From Octopus bimaculoides (taxonomy: Eukaryota), in NCBI RefSeq assembly GCF_001194135.2, contig NC_068992.1, positions 59,067,735 to 59,131,734 on the forward strand: a DNA stretch of 64,000 nt. Reading direction: 5' to 3'. The notes under the pieces are model-generated. The model was not told the DNA's origin, did not search any database, and saw only the letters and a list, made by a program, of their open reading frames with translations. Each line of letters starts with the position of its first letter. The stretch's first letter is position 1. Below are positions 37,187-50,469 of the stretch, piece after piece. The position numbers were made by a program, and so were the translations under genes.

Positions 37187-37402
37187 CGAGTGTGATAAAA
37201 AGTTCCTGGTTTTGGGTAAAAGAAAATACAGGTGAATCATTAATTATGAAGTTATTCAATATATTCCCCTCTCAGATTCACACACTTATTGTAGCGATCC
37301 TTCAGGTTTTCTAAACCCTGTAAAAGAACTCAGGAGACTAGGTCCCCAACCAGGCCTTTCACGACACCCTTAAAGTCAAGAACTTTTCAGAACCTCCTAA
37401 GT
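37187..37402 (-). mobile_element. Mariner-derived MITE
   Basis: Short inverted ends AAAAGTTCCTGG ... CAAGAACTTTT; the minus strand encodes DRYNKCVNLRGEYIE*, the typical mariner transposase C-terminus. Confidence 0.7.
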
Positions 37403-37424
37403 ATACATTTTACAGATAAAGACC

Positions 37425-37745
37425 CCCTTCGGTCAGGAATGACCGTGGGATTGCACCTAGAAAGTTCTTTCCGAGGCACAAGTCCGGGCAAGGTTGTTTA
37501 TGGAAGACCAGCAGTCACCCATGCATACCGGCCTCCCCTCTCCACGCTACCAGTGTTATCCAAGGGAGAGGCAAAGGCCAATACAGCTTAACACAAGTGA
37601 CATCGCAACTCATTTCTACAGCTGAGTAAACTGCAGCAATGTGAAATAAAGTGTCTTGCTTAAGGACACAACACACAGCCCGGTCCGGGAATCGAACTCA
37701 TGATTGTGAGACCGACGGTCTAACCACTGAATCATGTGGCTTCAC
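37425..37745 (-). mobile_element. CORE(MIR)-like tRNA-derived SINE
   Basis: AAAGTGTCTTGCTTAAGGACACAAC...CGGGAATCGAACTC..CTAACCACTGA is the reverse complement of a tRNA head plus CORE motif. Confidence 0.8.
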
Positions 37746-37964
37746 GTATATATTTTAGCGCCTTTTTTTACTAAAGAAAAAAATAAGAAAAACAGGGGCT
37801 TGATTCAAAGGAAGATTGGTTGTTATACTTCGCGTGTCAAGGGACCGTATAGATGTTGATATTGTTGATGTTGCTGTTATTGTCGATGTTATTATTGTTG
37901 TCTGGTATTGCAGTTATTCTTCTTCTTCTTCTTGTTGATCTTGTTGTTGTTGTTGTTACTGTAA

Positions 37965-38327
37965 TTGTCTCTTGCCGCACTGATTTTCTTGGACTTTGGT
38001 GACACGTTTCCAGCACTCCTTCCTGCTTTGTTGGGGTTGTCGATGTTCGTGATCTTCCGGAACGCTTCTCGTGGACATTCTGAACAGTTCCATCGGCTTC
38101 AAACTTATCTCTAATTCGAATGATGGTAAGTCGCGTTGGTGGATCTGTTTGAAACTCCCTCCTAAACTGTCTTTGCACTTCAACTACGTTTTCACATTTC
38201 CAGTAGCATTTTAGAATGAATTTCCTTTGTTCAAAGTTAATTCCAATGGGTTTAATCTGGAAACAAAAATCATCAATTGAGTTATCAGCTGCTAAAGTGT
38301 GTAAACACTATTTTAGGACACCCTGTA
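37965..38327 (-). mobile_element. Tc1/Tc3-like transposon 5' end (HTH region and one TIR)
   Basis: QRQFRREFQTDPPTRLTIIRIRDKFEADGTVQNVHEKRSGRSRTS...QSPRKSVRQ. End reads TA|CAGGGTGTCCTAAAA on the minus strand at 38311-38327. Confidence 0.85.
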
Positions 38328-38344
38328 TGTATGTGTGGGGGAGG

Positions 38345-38660
38345 GGGGCATATGGTAACGAAGCTTACTTCTCAAACGCATGGTTCCGCGTTCAGTGTCT
38401 TCTGATATAGCCACGGGCTGATCAAAGCCTTGTGACTGGATTTGGTTGACAGAAATATGCATATATCTATGTGTGTCTCTGTGTCTGTACTTGTGTTTGT
38501 TTTCCACCACTGCATGACGACCGGTGGTGTTTTGTTTACATCCCTGTAATGTAGTAGTTCGGCAAAAGATCCGATATAATAAGTACTAGCTTTCAGAAAT
38601 AAGTCCTGAAGTCGATTTTGTTCTACTAAAACCCCTCAATGACTGAAACAAGTAAACGTA
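38345..38660 (+). mobile_element. SINE family B
   Basis: ATGGTAACGAAGCTTACTTCTCAAAC..GGTTCCGCGTTCAGT...CAAAGCCTTGTGACTGGATTTGG...GTTCGGCAAAAGA..AATAAGTACTAG...GACTGAAACAAGTAAA. Confidence 0.85.
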
Positions 38661-38849
38661 AAAGATATATATATCTACATGTAAGTATGTGTGTATGCAT
38701 GTATATTTGTATGTATGCATGTATGTATGTATGTATATATGTGTGTATATATATATATATATATCTATATATATATATATAGGTGTGTGTATACACGCAT
38801 ATAAAAATATGTAAAAAGTAAATATTAGACAGACCAGACACGCATGATC

Positions 38850-39260
38850 GCTTTAGTTATACTCCAATTGTTACTTCTTCACTTTACCTGCAAATAATTG
38901 CTGAAATATTATTATATAATAAATGCATTAAATTTATTACATTCCATCCGTATTATTTCAGCAACACTAGCGAATGAAGACTCTTCGAGTACGGGCGGAA
39001 GATATTTGCTAAATTAAGCCATATTCTACAGAATAAATATCTAATTCAGGTGTATATTCGATGAGATATTGTGTTATTTACTACGCAGCTTGCTTTCGTG
39101 CCCGAGGATCCATCATTCGCCAGTGTTGCTGAAATAATACGAATGTAATGTAATGATGTAATGTAATAAACTTAATGTATTTATTATATAATAATATTCC
39201 GGCAATTATTTGCTGGTAATGTGAAGAGGAAACAATTGTAGTATTATCCAATAAAGCGTG
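38850..39260. mobile_element. Foldback element (~120-130-bp arms, ~135-bp spacer)
   Basis: Left 38859-38977 ATACTCCAATTGTTAC...GTATTATTTCAGCAACACTAGCGAATGA is the reverse complement of right 39113-39244 TCATTCGCCAGTGTTGCTGAAATAATAC...GAAACAATTGTAGTAT. Confidence 0.85.
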
Positions 39261-40532
39261 TTTGTTCAATCCAATCTGTCTTGTTTACACATTTTTTTTT
39301 CTTTACTCTAGGGATATTCACGGATTTCAGGATGTACCTTCATTAATGCGATTGGCTTTCGTTGTGAAATTACACCTGATAGTCCAATACTCGAGGACGA
39401 GGTTTATAAAGCAAACTACTATATATATNNNNNNNNNNNNNNNNNNNNNNNNNNNNNNNNNNNNNNNNNNNNNNNNNNNNNNNNNAAGCAACAAAAATTC
39501 AATAGGTTATAGCAGTACGTACGTTTCGTACAAGCTCCATTTATTCATGTAGTGAGAACACCACAGAAAATACGATGAAAATGTACTCCTCAGCTGCATA
39601 ATAGAATTTCATTTTAGAAAGTCATTTTGAAGATGTTTGCAAAAAACAAGAGTAAGAGAAGAAAACACATCTCGACTATGCTGCTATTTCACAGACAAGT
39701 GAATCAATATAGTTTAAGGCAGTCAGAGCAGTTTGAGGGAATATTTGAATGTTATTTCTAGCAAATGAAGTGACAAAATATAGGATCCCTTCCCGGCACT
39801 CCATCACTGAATGTTTTAGTTGCTTGTATGTTTGTTTATTATAATATGTCCGTTATTCCTGAAAGTGATTTGTATTACGTTGGGGAGATGGGTGTTTTGG
39901 TGCAGTAGACTTAAGAATTGGAAATAAACACGCCATCAGAGATTGTTTGTTGTTTCCGAAGTAGGTTCTTAAGTACAGGATTTAAGGAAGAGAAAATGAG
40001 AAAAATATATATAAAAGAAATACTTGTGGATGAGAAAAATGTAGTTAGACTCGTCAAAATGGGGATGCGGCGGAGGAAGGGGACGAGAACAACAACGTCA
40101 TCGAGGAGGACGCCGTGGACGAGGATGAGGACGACAATGATGATGATGACATTAATGATGATGACAACGACGGTGATGCAGAAGAGGAGAACAACGACAA
40201 TGAGGAGTTGGGTTGGAGGTGAAGAAGATGCACAGAAAGGAGTTGTCTGCGCTAGTGGCGGTTGCGGCGGCAGTGGTGGTGGTGGTGGTGGTAGGAGAAG
40301 GAGCAGGCGAAGAAGAAGATGTCGGAAAAGGTGTTTTCTCATACGGAATTAAAAGTAAATGTAAAGAGGGAAAAAAAAAATCATGTGTGAGTGGGGAGTG
40401 GGAGGGAAGTAAGGTATTACAGAAGAGATTGATAAAGAAAAAAAATAAGAGATGTGAATGAGTACCAAAGCGAAAGAGGGAAAGAACTGGAAACGGGTAA
40501 GACTGAAAAATAGTCTTCTATGAAAGAATAAG

Positions 40533-40745
40533 GCGGTGAGGTGGCAGAATCATTAGGGCGCCGGACAAAATGGTAAGAGACATTTTTACCGGATCTTTAC
40601 GTTCTGAGTTCAAGCACCGCCGAGGTTAGCTTTGCTTTCCCCGCTTCGGGCTCGATAGGGTAAGTACAGTTGACCACTGAGTGGAGGGGGGGGGCGATGT
40701 TATTGAAATGCTTCTCCCTTTCAGATCGCTGGCCTTGTGTCGAAA
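40533..40745 (+). mobile_element. SINE family A
   Basis: AAGGCGGTGAGGTGGCAGAATCATTAG...TTTACGTTCTGAGTTCAAG...GGCCTTGTGTCGAAATTAGAA. Confidence 0.85.
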
Positions 40746-41335
40746 TTAGAATCAATAATAAAACGGGATATATTAGGTACGACGAAAGAGGCAAGCTGGC
40801 AGAATCATNNNNNNNNNNNNNNNNNNNNNNNNNNNNNNNNNNNNNNNNNNNNNNNNNNNNNNNNNNNNNNNNNNNNNNNNNNNNNNNNNNNNNNNNNNNN
40901 NNNNNNNNNNNNNNNNNNNNNNNNNNNNNNNNNNNNNNNNNNNNNNNNNNNNNNNNNNNNNNNNNNNNNNNNNNNNNNNNNNNNNNNNNNNNNNNNNNNN
41001 NNNNNNNNNNNNNNNNNNNNNNNNNNNNNNNNNNNNNNNNNNNNNNNNNNNNNNNNNNNNNNNNNNNNNNNNNNNNNNNNNNNNNNNNNNNNNNNNNNNN
41101 NNNNNNNNNNNNNNNNNNNNNNNNNNNNNNNNNNNNNNNNNNNNNNNNNNNNNNNNNNNNNNNNNNNNNNNNNNNNNNNNNNNNNNNNNNNNNNNNNNNN
41201 NNNNNNNNNNNNNNNNNNNNNNNNNNNNNNNNNNNNNNNNNNNNNNNNNNNNNNNNNNNNNNNNNNNNNNNNNNNNNNNNNNNNNNNNNNNNNNNNNNNN
41301 NNNNNNNNNNNNNNNNNNNNNNNNNNNNNNNNNNN

Positions 41336-41416
<81 letters not shown>

Positions 41417-41957
41417 CGGAGGGGGATGAGAAAGAGATAAGAAAGGAGCAGAAAGGAGAGTAAGAAACAAGCTCAGAACAAAGGAAGAACAAAGGAAGAT
41501 CAAAGTTGCTTGATGGTAATAAACATAACAAGCGTAAATGTAATAAAATGTGAAGGCGAGAAAATGAGCGATAAATCATAAAGATACAGTTGCATGGCCG
41601 TGTGGTTAAGAAGCTCGCTTTGCAACAACCATGTGGTATCGGGTTCGATACTCTTCCCAAGAACACAGTAACAAATGCTTGTGCAAGGTTGCAGAACCGT
41701 CTTATGGGAATGGAAGAAGGTGAGAGCGTCAGTTTTGCATAAATTGTTATCTCGCAGCCATAATCAAGTTGGTGTTTTTTTGTTTTTTTTTTACTTTAAT
41801 ATATAATAATTCTTATTTTTGGCTCAGATATTGTTTTCCTCAACGTTAATGCAAACTGTCAAGCTTAGCTCGAAAATCCTTTGCATATACACATACATAT
41901 AAGCATGTACATGTATGTATGTATGTATTTATTTATGTATGTATGTATGTATGTATG

Positions 41958-42066
<109 letters not shown>

Positions 42067-42221
42067 GTACGCACAAAGAAGCACTTTACAATACATATAT
42101 GTATATATGTATATGCATTTTAATACGCACATACGCACACTTCTCTGTCTCTCTATATATGTGTATATTTGAAGATTTGTGCATACACGAATTTGTGAAT
42201 ACAGGTGGATAGATAGATAGG

Positions 42222-42271
<50 letters not shown>

Positions 42272-42976
42272 TAGAGGGAGAAGACAGACAGAGAGATATT
42301 CGTTCCTTTTACTTATGCACACACACACACACACACTTATATATATATATACACACGTACATACACAAGAACACACACATACACACACACATATANNNNN
42401 NNNNNNNNNNNNNNNNNNNNNNNNNNNNNNNNNNNNNNNNNNNNNNNNNNNNNNNNNNNNNNNNNNNNNNNNNNNNNNNNNNNNNNNNNNNNNNNNNNNN
42501 NNNNNNNNNNNNNNNNNNNNNNNNNNNNNNNNNNNNNNNNNNNNNNNNNNNNNNNNNNNNNNNNNNNNNNNNNNNNNNNNNNNNNNNNNNNNNNNNNNNN
42601 NNNNNNNNNNNNNNNNNNNNNNNNNNNNNNNNNNNNNNNNNNNNNNNNNNNNNNNNNNNNNNNNNNNNNNNNNNNNNNNNNNNNNNNNNNNNNNNNNNNN
42701 NNNNNNNNNNNNNNNNNNNNNNNNNNNNNNNNNNNNNNNNNNNNNNNNNNNNNNNNNNNNNNNNNNNNNNNNNNNNNNNNNNNNNNNNNNNNNNNNNNNN
42801 NNNNNNNNNNNNNNNNNNNNNNNNNNNNNNNNNNNNNNNNNNNNNNNNNNNNNNNNNNNNNNNNNNNNNNNNNNNNNNNNNNNNNNNNNNNNNNNNNNNN
42901 NNNNNNNNNNNNNNNNNNNNNNNNNNNNNNNNNNNNNNNNNNNNNNNNNNNNNNNNNNNNNNNNNNNNNNNNNNNN

Positions 42977-43010
<34 letters not shown>

Positions 43011-43350
43011 CATTATTATTATTATTAGTTTTGTTGTTGCGGTTGTTGTTGATGTTGTTGTTGTTGTTGTTCCGCCTTTCACAAAAAGCCTTGCGAAACA
43101 GCGACCCAAGGTTTCCTGGTCGAAATATTAATTTATTTCCCCAGTTATCAAACCGTTAAAGCAGAAAAAATCGTTTCAGTAGTGCTATACTACTTGTTGA
43201 AAATCATACGACACAGTGTATACACACACACATACACACACGCACACACACACACACACACACACACGCTCACACGCACATACACACACATACATACATA
43301 CATACATACATACATACATACATACACACATACATAGACTCATACATACA

Positions 43351-43384
<34 letters not shown>

Positions 43385-43789
43385 CATACGTACGTGTCTG
43401 ACCACCACTTGTACCTACACCTTCATGGCGCCTGACGTGGCTTTTTAAACCGGGCAATGTATTGAAAAGACACCGACATAAATTTCATATCCGATTTAGA
43501 CGACCAAGAACTGTAAGTTAAGTTCTAAACTTAGTGTACCTTAAAATGTATTTTGAAAAACTTTGATTTAATTTAAACGATGTCTGCAAACGCAAAGACA
43601 TCTGTGTCTGAAGTCAAAAACCCCCATTTAATGTTTAAAATACGGCGAATGCATTTTTGCTGGAATCGTTGTAACAATTTGAAATGTCTTTCATAACACG
43701 TCCATGTTTCAGAAAAATACAACAAGGATAGTAAGACAAACAATTTGTAAAGAGCTAATTTTGTGTTACTATTTATGTCGTTGGCGCCT

Positions 43790-44430
43790 AACGCGTGTGC
43801 GGCCCTTTGAATTCGCAGATGTATTTCTGTGTCCAGATTTCAATCATTTTGTACAGAACATCGAAAGTAGATGAAAGATCAACAACCTCAAGTAACTTAG
43901 CCTTACCGAAAATTTTAGCGGAGTTGCAAACAGCACCACATGCAAGTTGAAACATTGCAACTGTTCTTTTCAAATTTATGGTGAATCCAAAATCATCACA
44001 AGCTGAGTGAAATGCAGATGCAAAAGTGTGCAGGCCCGTTTCAGGGTGACTGGCTACACCGCAATCGTCAGTGTATAAAAGTTCCTTAATGAGTGAAGTA
44101 AAAACCTTTGTTTTGAATTTCAGTCTGGTCAGATTAAAAACATTCCCTGTTGTTCGATATTTTATGTAAAAACCCTCCTCGGAGTTTTGAAAAGCGTGTG
44201 ACAGCACAACAGTAGAGTATATTGCAAAGAGAGTTGGTGCATCAAGGTCTCCTTATTTTACTCCATTTTCCACGGCAAAAGATTCAGAAAGCCTACCACT
44301 ATAATAAACTCTAGCCTTCATATCTTGATACAAATTTGTTCACAAATTTTTCTGAGCAACCTATTTTCCTTGGAATTAGCGACAGAGCATTTTGATTAAC
44401 AGTATCGAAAGCAATGGTATAGTATAAGAT
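43790..44430 (-). mobile_element. RTE (BovB-like) LINE reverse transcriptase remnant
   Basis: AFDTVNQNAL...KIGCSEKFVN, FAVENGVK*G..APTLF, YIKYRTTGNVFNLTRLKFKTKV...ELLYTDDC...FGFTINLKRT. Confidence 0.9.
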
Positions 44431-44746
44431 TCTCTCCAATGTACTTTTCCTGAAACTGTCTGATACTAAAGATACAATCAACTGTGCCCCTGGAGGAGTG
44501 AAAACCACATACATACATATATACATACATGACGACACCAGTTTCAGTGTGACTCTCTCTAACAATTCAAAATAATGAATTTAATTCCTCTTAATTCTAT
44601 CCCAGTTCATCTAATTGTATTTATTTATCGTTACTTTTCATAAAAAAGCCTTTTTTATATTCAATGTGCCTTTTCGCTTTTATTCTTCTTACTTTCCCCA
44701 TATCTTTTCCACGTGTAGTTTCTATTTTCTTTTTGAAACATATTTC

Positions 44747-44784
<38 letters not shown>

Positions 44785-45436
44785 TTATAAATATACAGGG
44801 ATTAGCAATTGAGTTGCTTCTCCAACATACTGAAAATTTAGAAATAGCAGTCAAAGAACTACTGTATATTTATAATGCTAAATAGTTTTACCGATAAAGG
44901 TTTTTTTTCATACTGAACTACTTGGCAGAATTGTTAATTATTAATTCTATTATTAATTGACGATTCTCTGCCCTTATTCTTGTATATATATNNNNNNNNN
45001 NNNNNNNNNNNNNNNNNNNNNNNNNNNNNNNNNNNNNNNNNNNNNNNNNNNNNNNNNNNNNNNNNNNNNNNNNNNNNNNNNNNNNNNNNNNNNNNNNNNN
45101 NNNNNNNNNNNNNNNNNNNNNNNNNNNNNNNNNNNNNNNNNNNNNNNNNNNNNNNNNNNNNNNNNNNNNNNNNNNNNNNNNNNNNNNNNNNNNNNNNNNN
45201 NNNNNNNNNNNNNNNNNNNNNNNNNNNNNNNNNNNNNNNNNNNNNNNNNNNNNNNNNNNNNNNNNNNNNNNNNNNNNNNNNNNNNNNNNNNNNNNNNNNN
45301 NNNNNNNNNNNNNNNNNNNNNNNNNNNNNNNNNNNNNNNNNNNNNNNNNNNNNNNNNNNNNNNNNNNNNNNNNNNNNNNNNNNNNNNNNNNNNNNNNNNN
45401 NNNNNNNNNNNNNNNNNNNNNNNNNNNNNNNNNNNN

Positions 45437-45484
<48 letters not shown>

Positions 45485-46704
45485 ATATATAAGGTGTGTG
45501 AGTATACATGTATATTCGTACCCAGATGTATAAAATACATATTCATTTATTTATACATGCATACATATAGACATGCATACCTCCATAGCTTTATAAATAC
45601 ATGCATACACCAAGATATGTATACGTATACATATAACTACGTACGCACATATTTACAAATATACTTCTATTATGTATTCATTTATTTCGTTATCTGTTTG
45701 TAGTCATTAATGATTCTCGCTTTGGTCCACTCGTTATGAACCCAAGCCTTATCTCATGATGCTTAACATTTCCTATCACAACATTAGCGCCCTGCTGTGA
45801 CATTGGCAAAATGCATTTAATTTCAATCGCCCACTAACTGGACACTTGGCTGCTGAAACGTACCCTCTGGAACTATAGATCACTGATGTAAAAACTAGAT
45901 TTAAATCATAACGGAATAACAGCTGACAAAATGCATAAACAATTAACTGACTTCGCCATTATCGTCGTTGTCGTTGTCGATGCTGTTGGTAAGCTTTAAA
46001 TTAGCTCTGATCGAGCAAAAGTTTGTTACACTGGTAGTAATTAAAAAAAAAACAATGTACGGCCAATATTTGTTGATCTTCCATATCTTCTCCTAGTAGA
46101 GCACCGTGCATATCTCCATAGAAATTCGCAATTGTTTTTAACATTTGTTGTTATATAGGAAACCGTAAATGTTTCCATTTTCTGCTGTCCACAATGTTTT
46201 TGTATACTAAATCCTGTTGCTGCTATTGTTGTGCTATAAACCCAGATCACATTTGATACTAAACGATGAGGTTCAAACATCACGGCCATTTTTCCTGTTA
46301 TAATCCGTATCTGCCTTGCCATGAACCATATCTCTACACTGCAGCTTACAGTAACAAATTGTATCTATAACAGTATGGAGATTCTATTGCATTTTGTCTT
46401 CCTCTCTCTCAACTGTCCGATCTATTTCTGAAAATCCGTAGATTTTGGTGGTGTCCTCAGGGGCGGTCACCATACTAGACTGGATCATAGCGTGGCAGTT
46501 GCGTTTCTACATTAATTATCGTATGTGTAACTCATAACGCAGTATTTTGGACAAATAAGGCTGTAATATTATAATACAATGACATGCTATTGTAATGTAA
46601 TGATGTAATATTATAATGTAATGACATGCTATCGTAATGTAATGGTGTAATATTGTAATGTAATAATGTAATGATGTAATAAGGCAATATTTGCTGTTTC
46701 AGCT

Positions 46705-47232
46705 AAAGCAGCGAGCTGGCAGAACCGTTAACACGCAGAACGAAATGCTCAGCGGTATTTTGTCTGTTTTTACGTTTTGAGTGCAAATTCCGCCGAGATT
46801 GACTTTGCATTTCATCCTTACCGGGTCGATAAAATAAATGCCAGTTGAGTGCTGGAGTCGATGTAATCGACTTACTCCCTCCCTGATATTTTTGACGCTG
46901 TACCAAAATTCGAAACCAATTTTTGATGTGCTATTTAAAGCGGCGAGCTGGCAGAAACGTTTGTTATCCTTTTGTCTGTCCTTGTTTGTCCCCTCTATGT
47001 TTAGCCCCTTGTGAGCAATAAAGAAATAAGAAACGTTTGTACGCAGGGTGAAATGCTTGGCAGCATATCGTCCGTCTTAACATTCTTAGTTCAAATTCCG
47101 CCGAGTTTGACTTGGTCTTTCATCCTTTTAGAGTCGATAAAATAAGTACCACTTGAACACTTGGATTGATGTAATTGACTTAGCCCCTCCCCCTAAATTG
47201 CTGGCCTTGTGCCAAAATTTGAAATCAATATC
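46705..47232 (+). mobile_element. Two SINE family A copies; the second carries a 65-bp SINE-tail insertion
   Basis: Heads at 46705 and 46937; insert 46964-47028 flanked by the direct repeat AGAAACGTTTG. Confidence 0.9.
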
Positions 47233-47564
47233 TGTTGTACAAATAATAGGAGTGGGATTTCATGCTGATGTATATCTCAAAACTTACTTCAATCCAACAT
47301 GGTTGTTGAATTTTCGTTGAACAACTTCTCTGACTGCGGATGGAAAAACTCACTAAAGTAACAGAAAAAATAGGTAATAATGTTTAACAATGTTTCTTCA
47401 CATTCAAAGGTCAACTCTCATCCAATTCAATTTTCTTTATTCCATGATCAATAAAAATAATCAACATTAAAATACAGGAAGTCGATTAAATTAACTAACA
47501 CTTTCTCTTAAAATTACTGACTGACTACCTAAACTAGAAATTATTATTACTATTATTATATCTA

Positions 47565-47753
47565 AGGCGTCGAGCTGGCAGAATCGCTAACACGCTGGAC
47601 AAAACGCTTAGTTGTACTTCGCTCGACGCTACGTTCTGAGTTCAAATTCTACCGAGGTCGACTTTGCTTTCACTCTTTCGAGGTGTATTTGGATCGATGC
47701 GATCGATTTACCCCTCCTCACAAATTTCAGGCCTTGTGCCTTTAGTGTAATGG

Positions 47754-47797
<44 letters not shown>

Positions 47798-48198
47798 GCG
47801 GCTAGCTGACAGAATCGTTAGTGAGCCGAGAAAAATGGTTTGCGGTATTTCGTCTGTCCTTACGTTCTGCGTTCAAATTCCACCGAGGTCATCTTTGCCT
47901 CTCATCCTTTCGGGATCGATTAAATAGGTACCAGTTACGCACATGGATCGATGTAATCGACTTAACCCCTCCCCCACAAACTGCCCTTGTTGCAAAAATT
48001 TGAAATCACTATTATTATTATTATTATCATTATAAGGCGGCTAGCTAACAGAATCGTTAGCACGCTGGCCGAAATGCTTAGCGGCATTTCGTCCGTTCTG
48101 AGTTTAAATTCGCCGAGGTCAACTTTGCTTTTCATCCATTCGGAATCGGTAAAAATAAGTACCATTCGGGCCCTGGACCTATTGTAGAAAGGATCATT

Positions 48199-48230
<32 letters not shown>
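47565..48230 (+). mobile_element. Three head-to-tail SINE family A copies separated by (ATT)n/(ATC)n
   Basis: Heads AAGGCGTCGAGCTGGCAGAATCG (47565), GCGGCTAGCTGACAGAATCG (~47797) and AAGGCGGCTAGCTAACAGAATCG (~48034). Confidence 0.9.
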
Positions 48231-50065
48231 TATCAACATCATATAACCGTGAGGCGATACATATCGAGAGCTTTTGATAGTTAAATATCTTAGCAACAGT
48301 TGAAATGAAGTACTGATAATCAGTTATGAACCACCAGCCACTCAGACATGTAGTTTTTGCTAATGTTGCTGATGATGATTGCCTTTGTTCCCCTTTTGTT
48401 TTTGTTTTTTTTCCATTTACTCCTACAAAATAAACCTGGACATTAATATCGCTGATAGGAAAGAGAGAAGGAGGAAGAGGAGGAGGAGGAGAGAGAGGGG
48501 AAGGAGAGAAATATGACTCGGCGGCACGGAGCAGAAAAATTTCTTAACGTCTAGAAAAGAAATTTAAGCGTTGTATATTCAAATACCAACCAGTTCAATA
48601 ATAATTGGCGTTTGAGTCTGCAATCTGCAGATCGCTGTGGAGGCGTTTAAAGAAAATGAATGATTATAACATAACTAAATACAAAGACACACACACACAC
48701 ACACACATATATATGTATATATATATATATGTGTGTGTATATGNNNNNNNNNNNNNNNNNNNNNNNNNNNNNNNNNNNNNNNNNNNNNNNNNNNNNNNNN
48801 NNNNNNNNNNNNNNNNNNNNNNNNNNNNNNNNNNNNNNNNNNNNNNNNNNNNNNNNNNNNNNNNNNNNNNNNNNNNNNNNNNNNNNNNNNNNNNNNNNNN
48901 NNNNNNNNNNNNNNNNNNNNNNNNNNNNNNNNNNNNNNNNNNNNNNNNNNNNNNNNNNNNNNNNNNNNNNNNNNNNNNNNNNNNNNNNNNNNNNNNNNNN
49001 NNNNNNNNNNNNNNNNNNNNNNNNNNNNNNNNNNNNNNNNNNNNNNNNNNNNNNNNNNNNNNNNNNNNNNNNNNNNNNNNNNNNNNNNNNNNNNNNNNNN
49101 NNNNNNNNNNNNNNNNNNNNNNNNNNNNNNNNNNNNNNNNNNNNNNNNNNNNNNNNNNNNNNNNNNNNNNNNNNNNNNNNNNNNNNNNNNNNNNNNNNNN
49201 NNNNNNNNNNNNNNNNNNNNNNNNNNNNNNNNNNNNNNNNNNNNNNNNNNNNNNNNNNNNNNNNNNNNNNNNNNNNNNNNNNNNNNNNNNNNNNNNNNNN
49301 NNNNNNNNNNNNNNNNNNNNNNNNNNNNNNNNNNNNNNNNNNNNNNNNNNNNNNNNNNNNNNNNNNNNNNNNNNNNNNNNNNNNNNNNNNNNNNNNNNNN
49401 NNNNNNNNNNNNNNNNNNNNNNNNNNNNNNNNNNNNNNNNNNNNNNNNNNNNNNNNNNNNNNNNNNNNNNNNNNNNNNNNNNNNNNNNNNNNNNNNNNNN
49501 NNNNNNNNNNNNNNNNNNNNNNNNNNNNNNNNNNNNNNNNNNNNNNNNNNNGAGGGAGACATGCGCAACAGTGTGCCAGTGAATTAAAAAGAAAATGAGA
49601 AGAAACAAAGTTTCGAGTAAGGAAATTCTAATAGCAAGAACTGGTTTTTAGTTTTTGATTATCAGCTCTTGGATTTTATTGGGTTTTTTTCTTTTCCTTT
49701 CTAATCTACTGAGTCAATTAAGCGGAAAAAGAAGCAATATTTTACGACTGAAGACTTTGGAGATATGTCTTTTCATCCATAACTATTTTTTTTTAATTCA
49801 AAAACAAAAATATATATACACATATATAGAGAGAGGGAGAAAGCAATGGCTCATTCATAGGCAATGGTGTTGCTATAGAAATAGAATAAGATTGTGACAC
49901 ATAATACTATCGATGTTTTAAACGAAGAAAACCAACAATACAAGCATGGACGATGATAATAAAGATTGAAATGTATAGCATATAATTCGTGTATGCATGC
50001 ATATATGTATATATGTGTGTGTGTGTATACACACACATGTATTTGTATATATGTGGGTGTATATG

Positions 50066-50097
<32 letters not shown>

Positions 50098-50214
50098 TGT
50101 ATTATTTGTTTATTTTGATTATCATTTAAAATCCGATATTCTATGCATTACATAAGATGTCTGCGCAACGTTTTGCGTAAAGTACGAGCAATAGATAGAT
50201 AGATAGATAGATAT

Positions 50215-50254
<40 letters not shown>

Positions 50255-50362
50255 GGCGTATGTGCAACTCGGCGTAGTTTTGCGTCCACAAACAAGAAGA
50301 AAAGTTATTTAAGAGAGAGGCAGAATATACATACATATATATATATACATATATATGTGTGT

Positions 50363-50408
<46 letters not shown>

Positions 50409-50469
50409 GTGTGTGTGTGTGCATTTATATATTCTTCGTTCCTCTTATTAAACATGGCTGTGGCCAGAA

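Noticed and set aside
39911-40461. Overlapping ORFs of 82-144 aa
   Set aside because: Low-complexity GAT/GAC/GGT repeats with no recognisable domain.
46040-46460. Faint RT-like traces on the minus strand; similar faint LINE-like traces at 36680-36770 and 60110-60450
   Set aside because: Only isolated 4-6 residue resemblances (YVRP..AWN, ETKW, DFQK); too weak to call without an HMM.
46560-46685. ~42-bp degenerate tandem repeat built on TGTAA
   Set aside because: Ordinary decayed simple repeat with no further structure.
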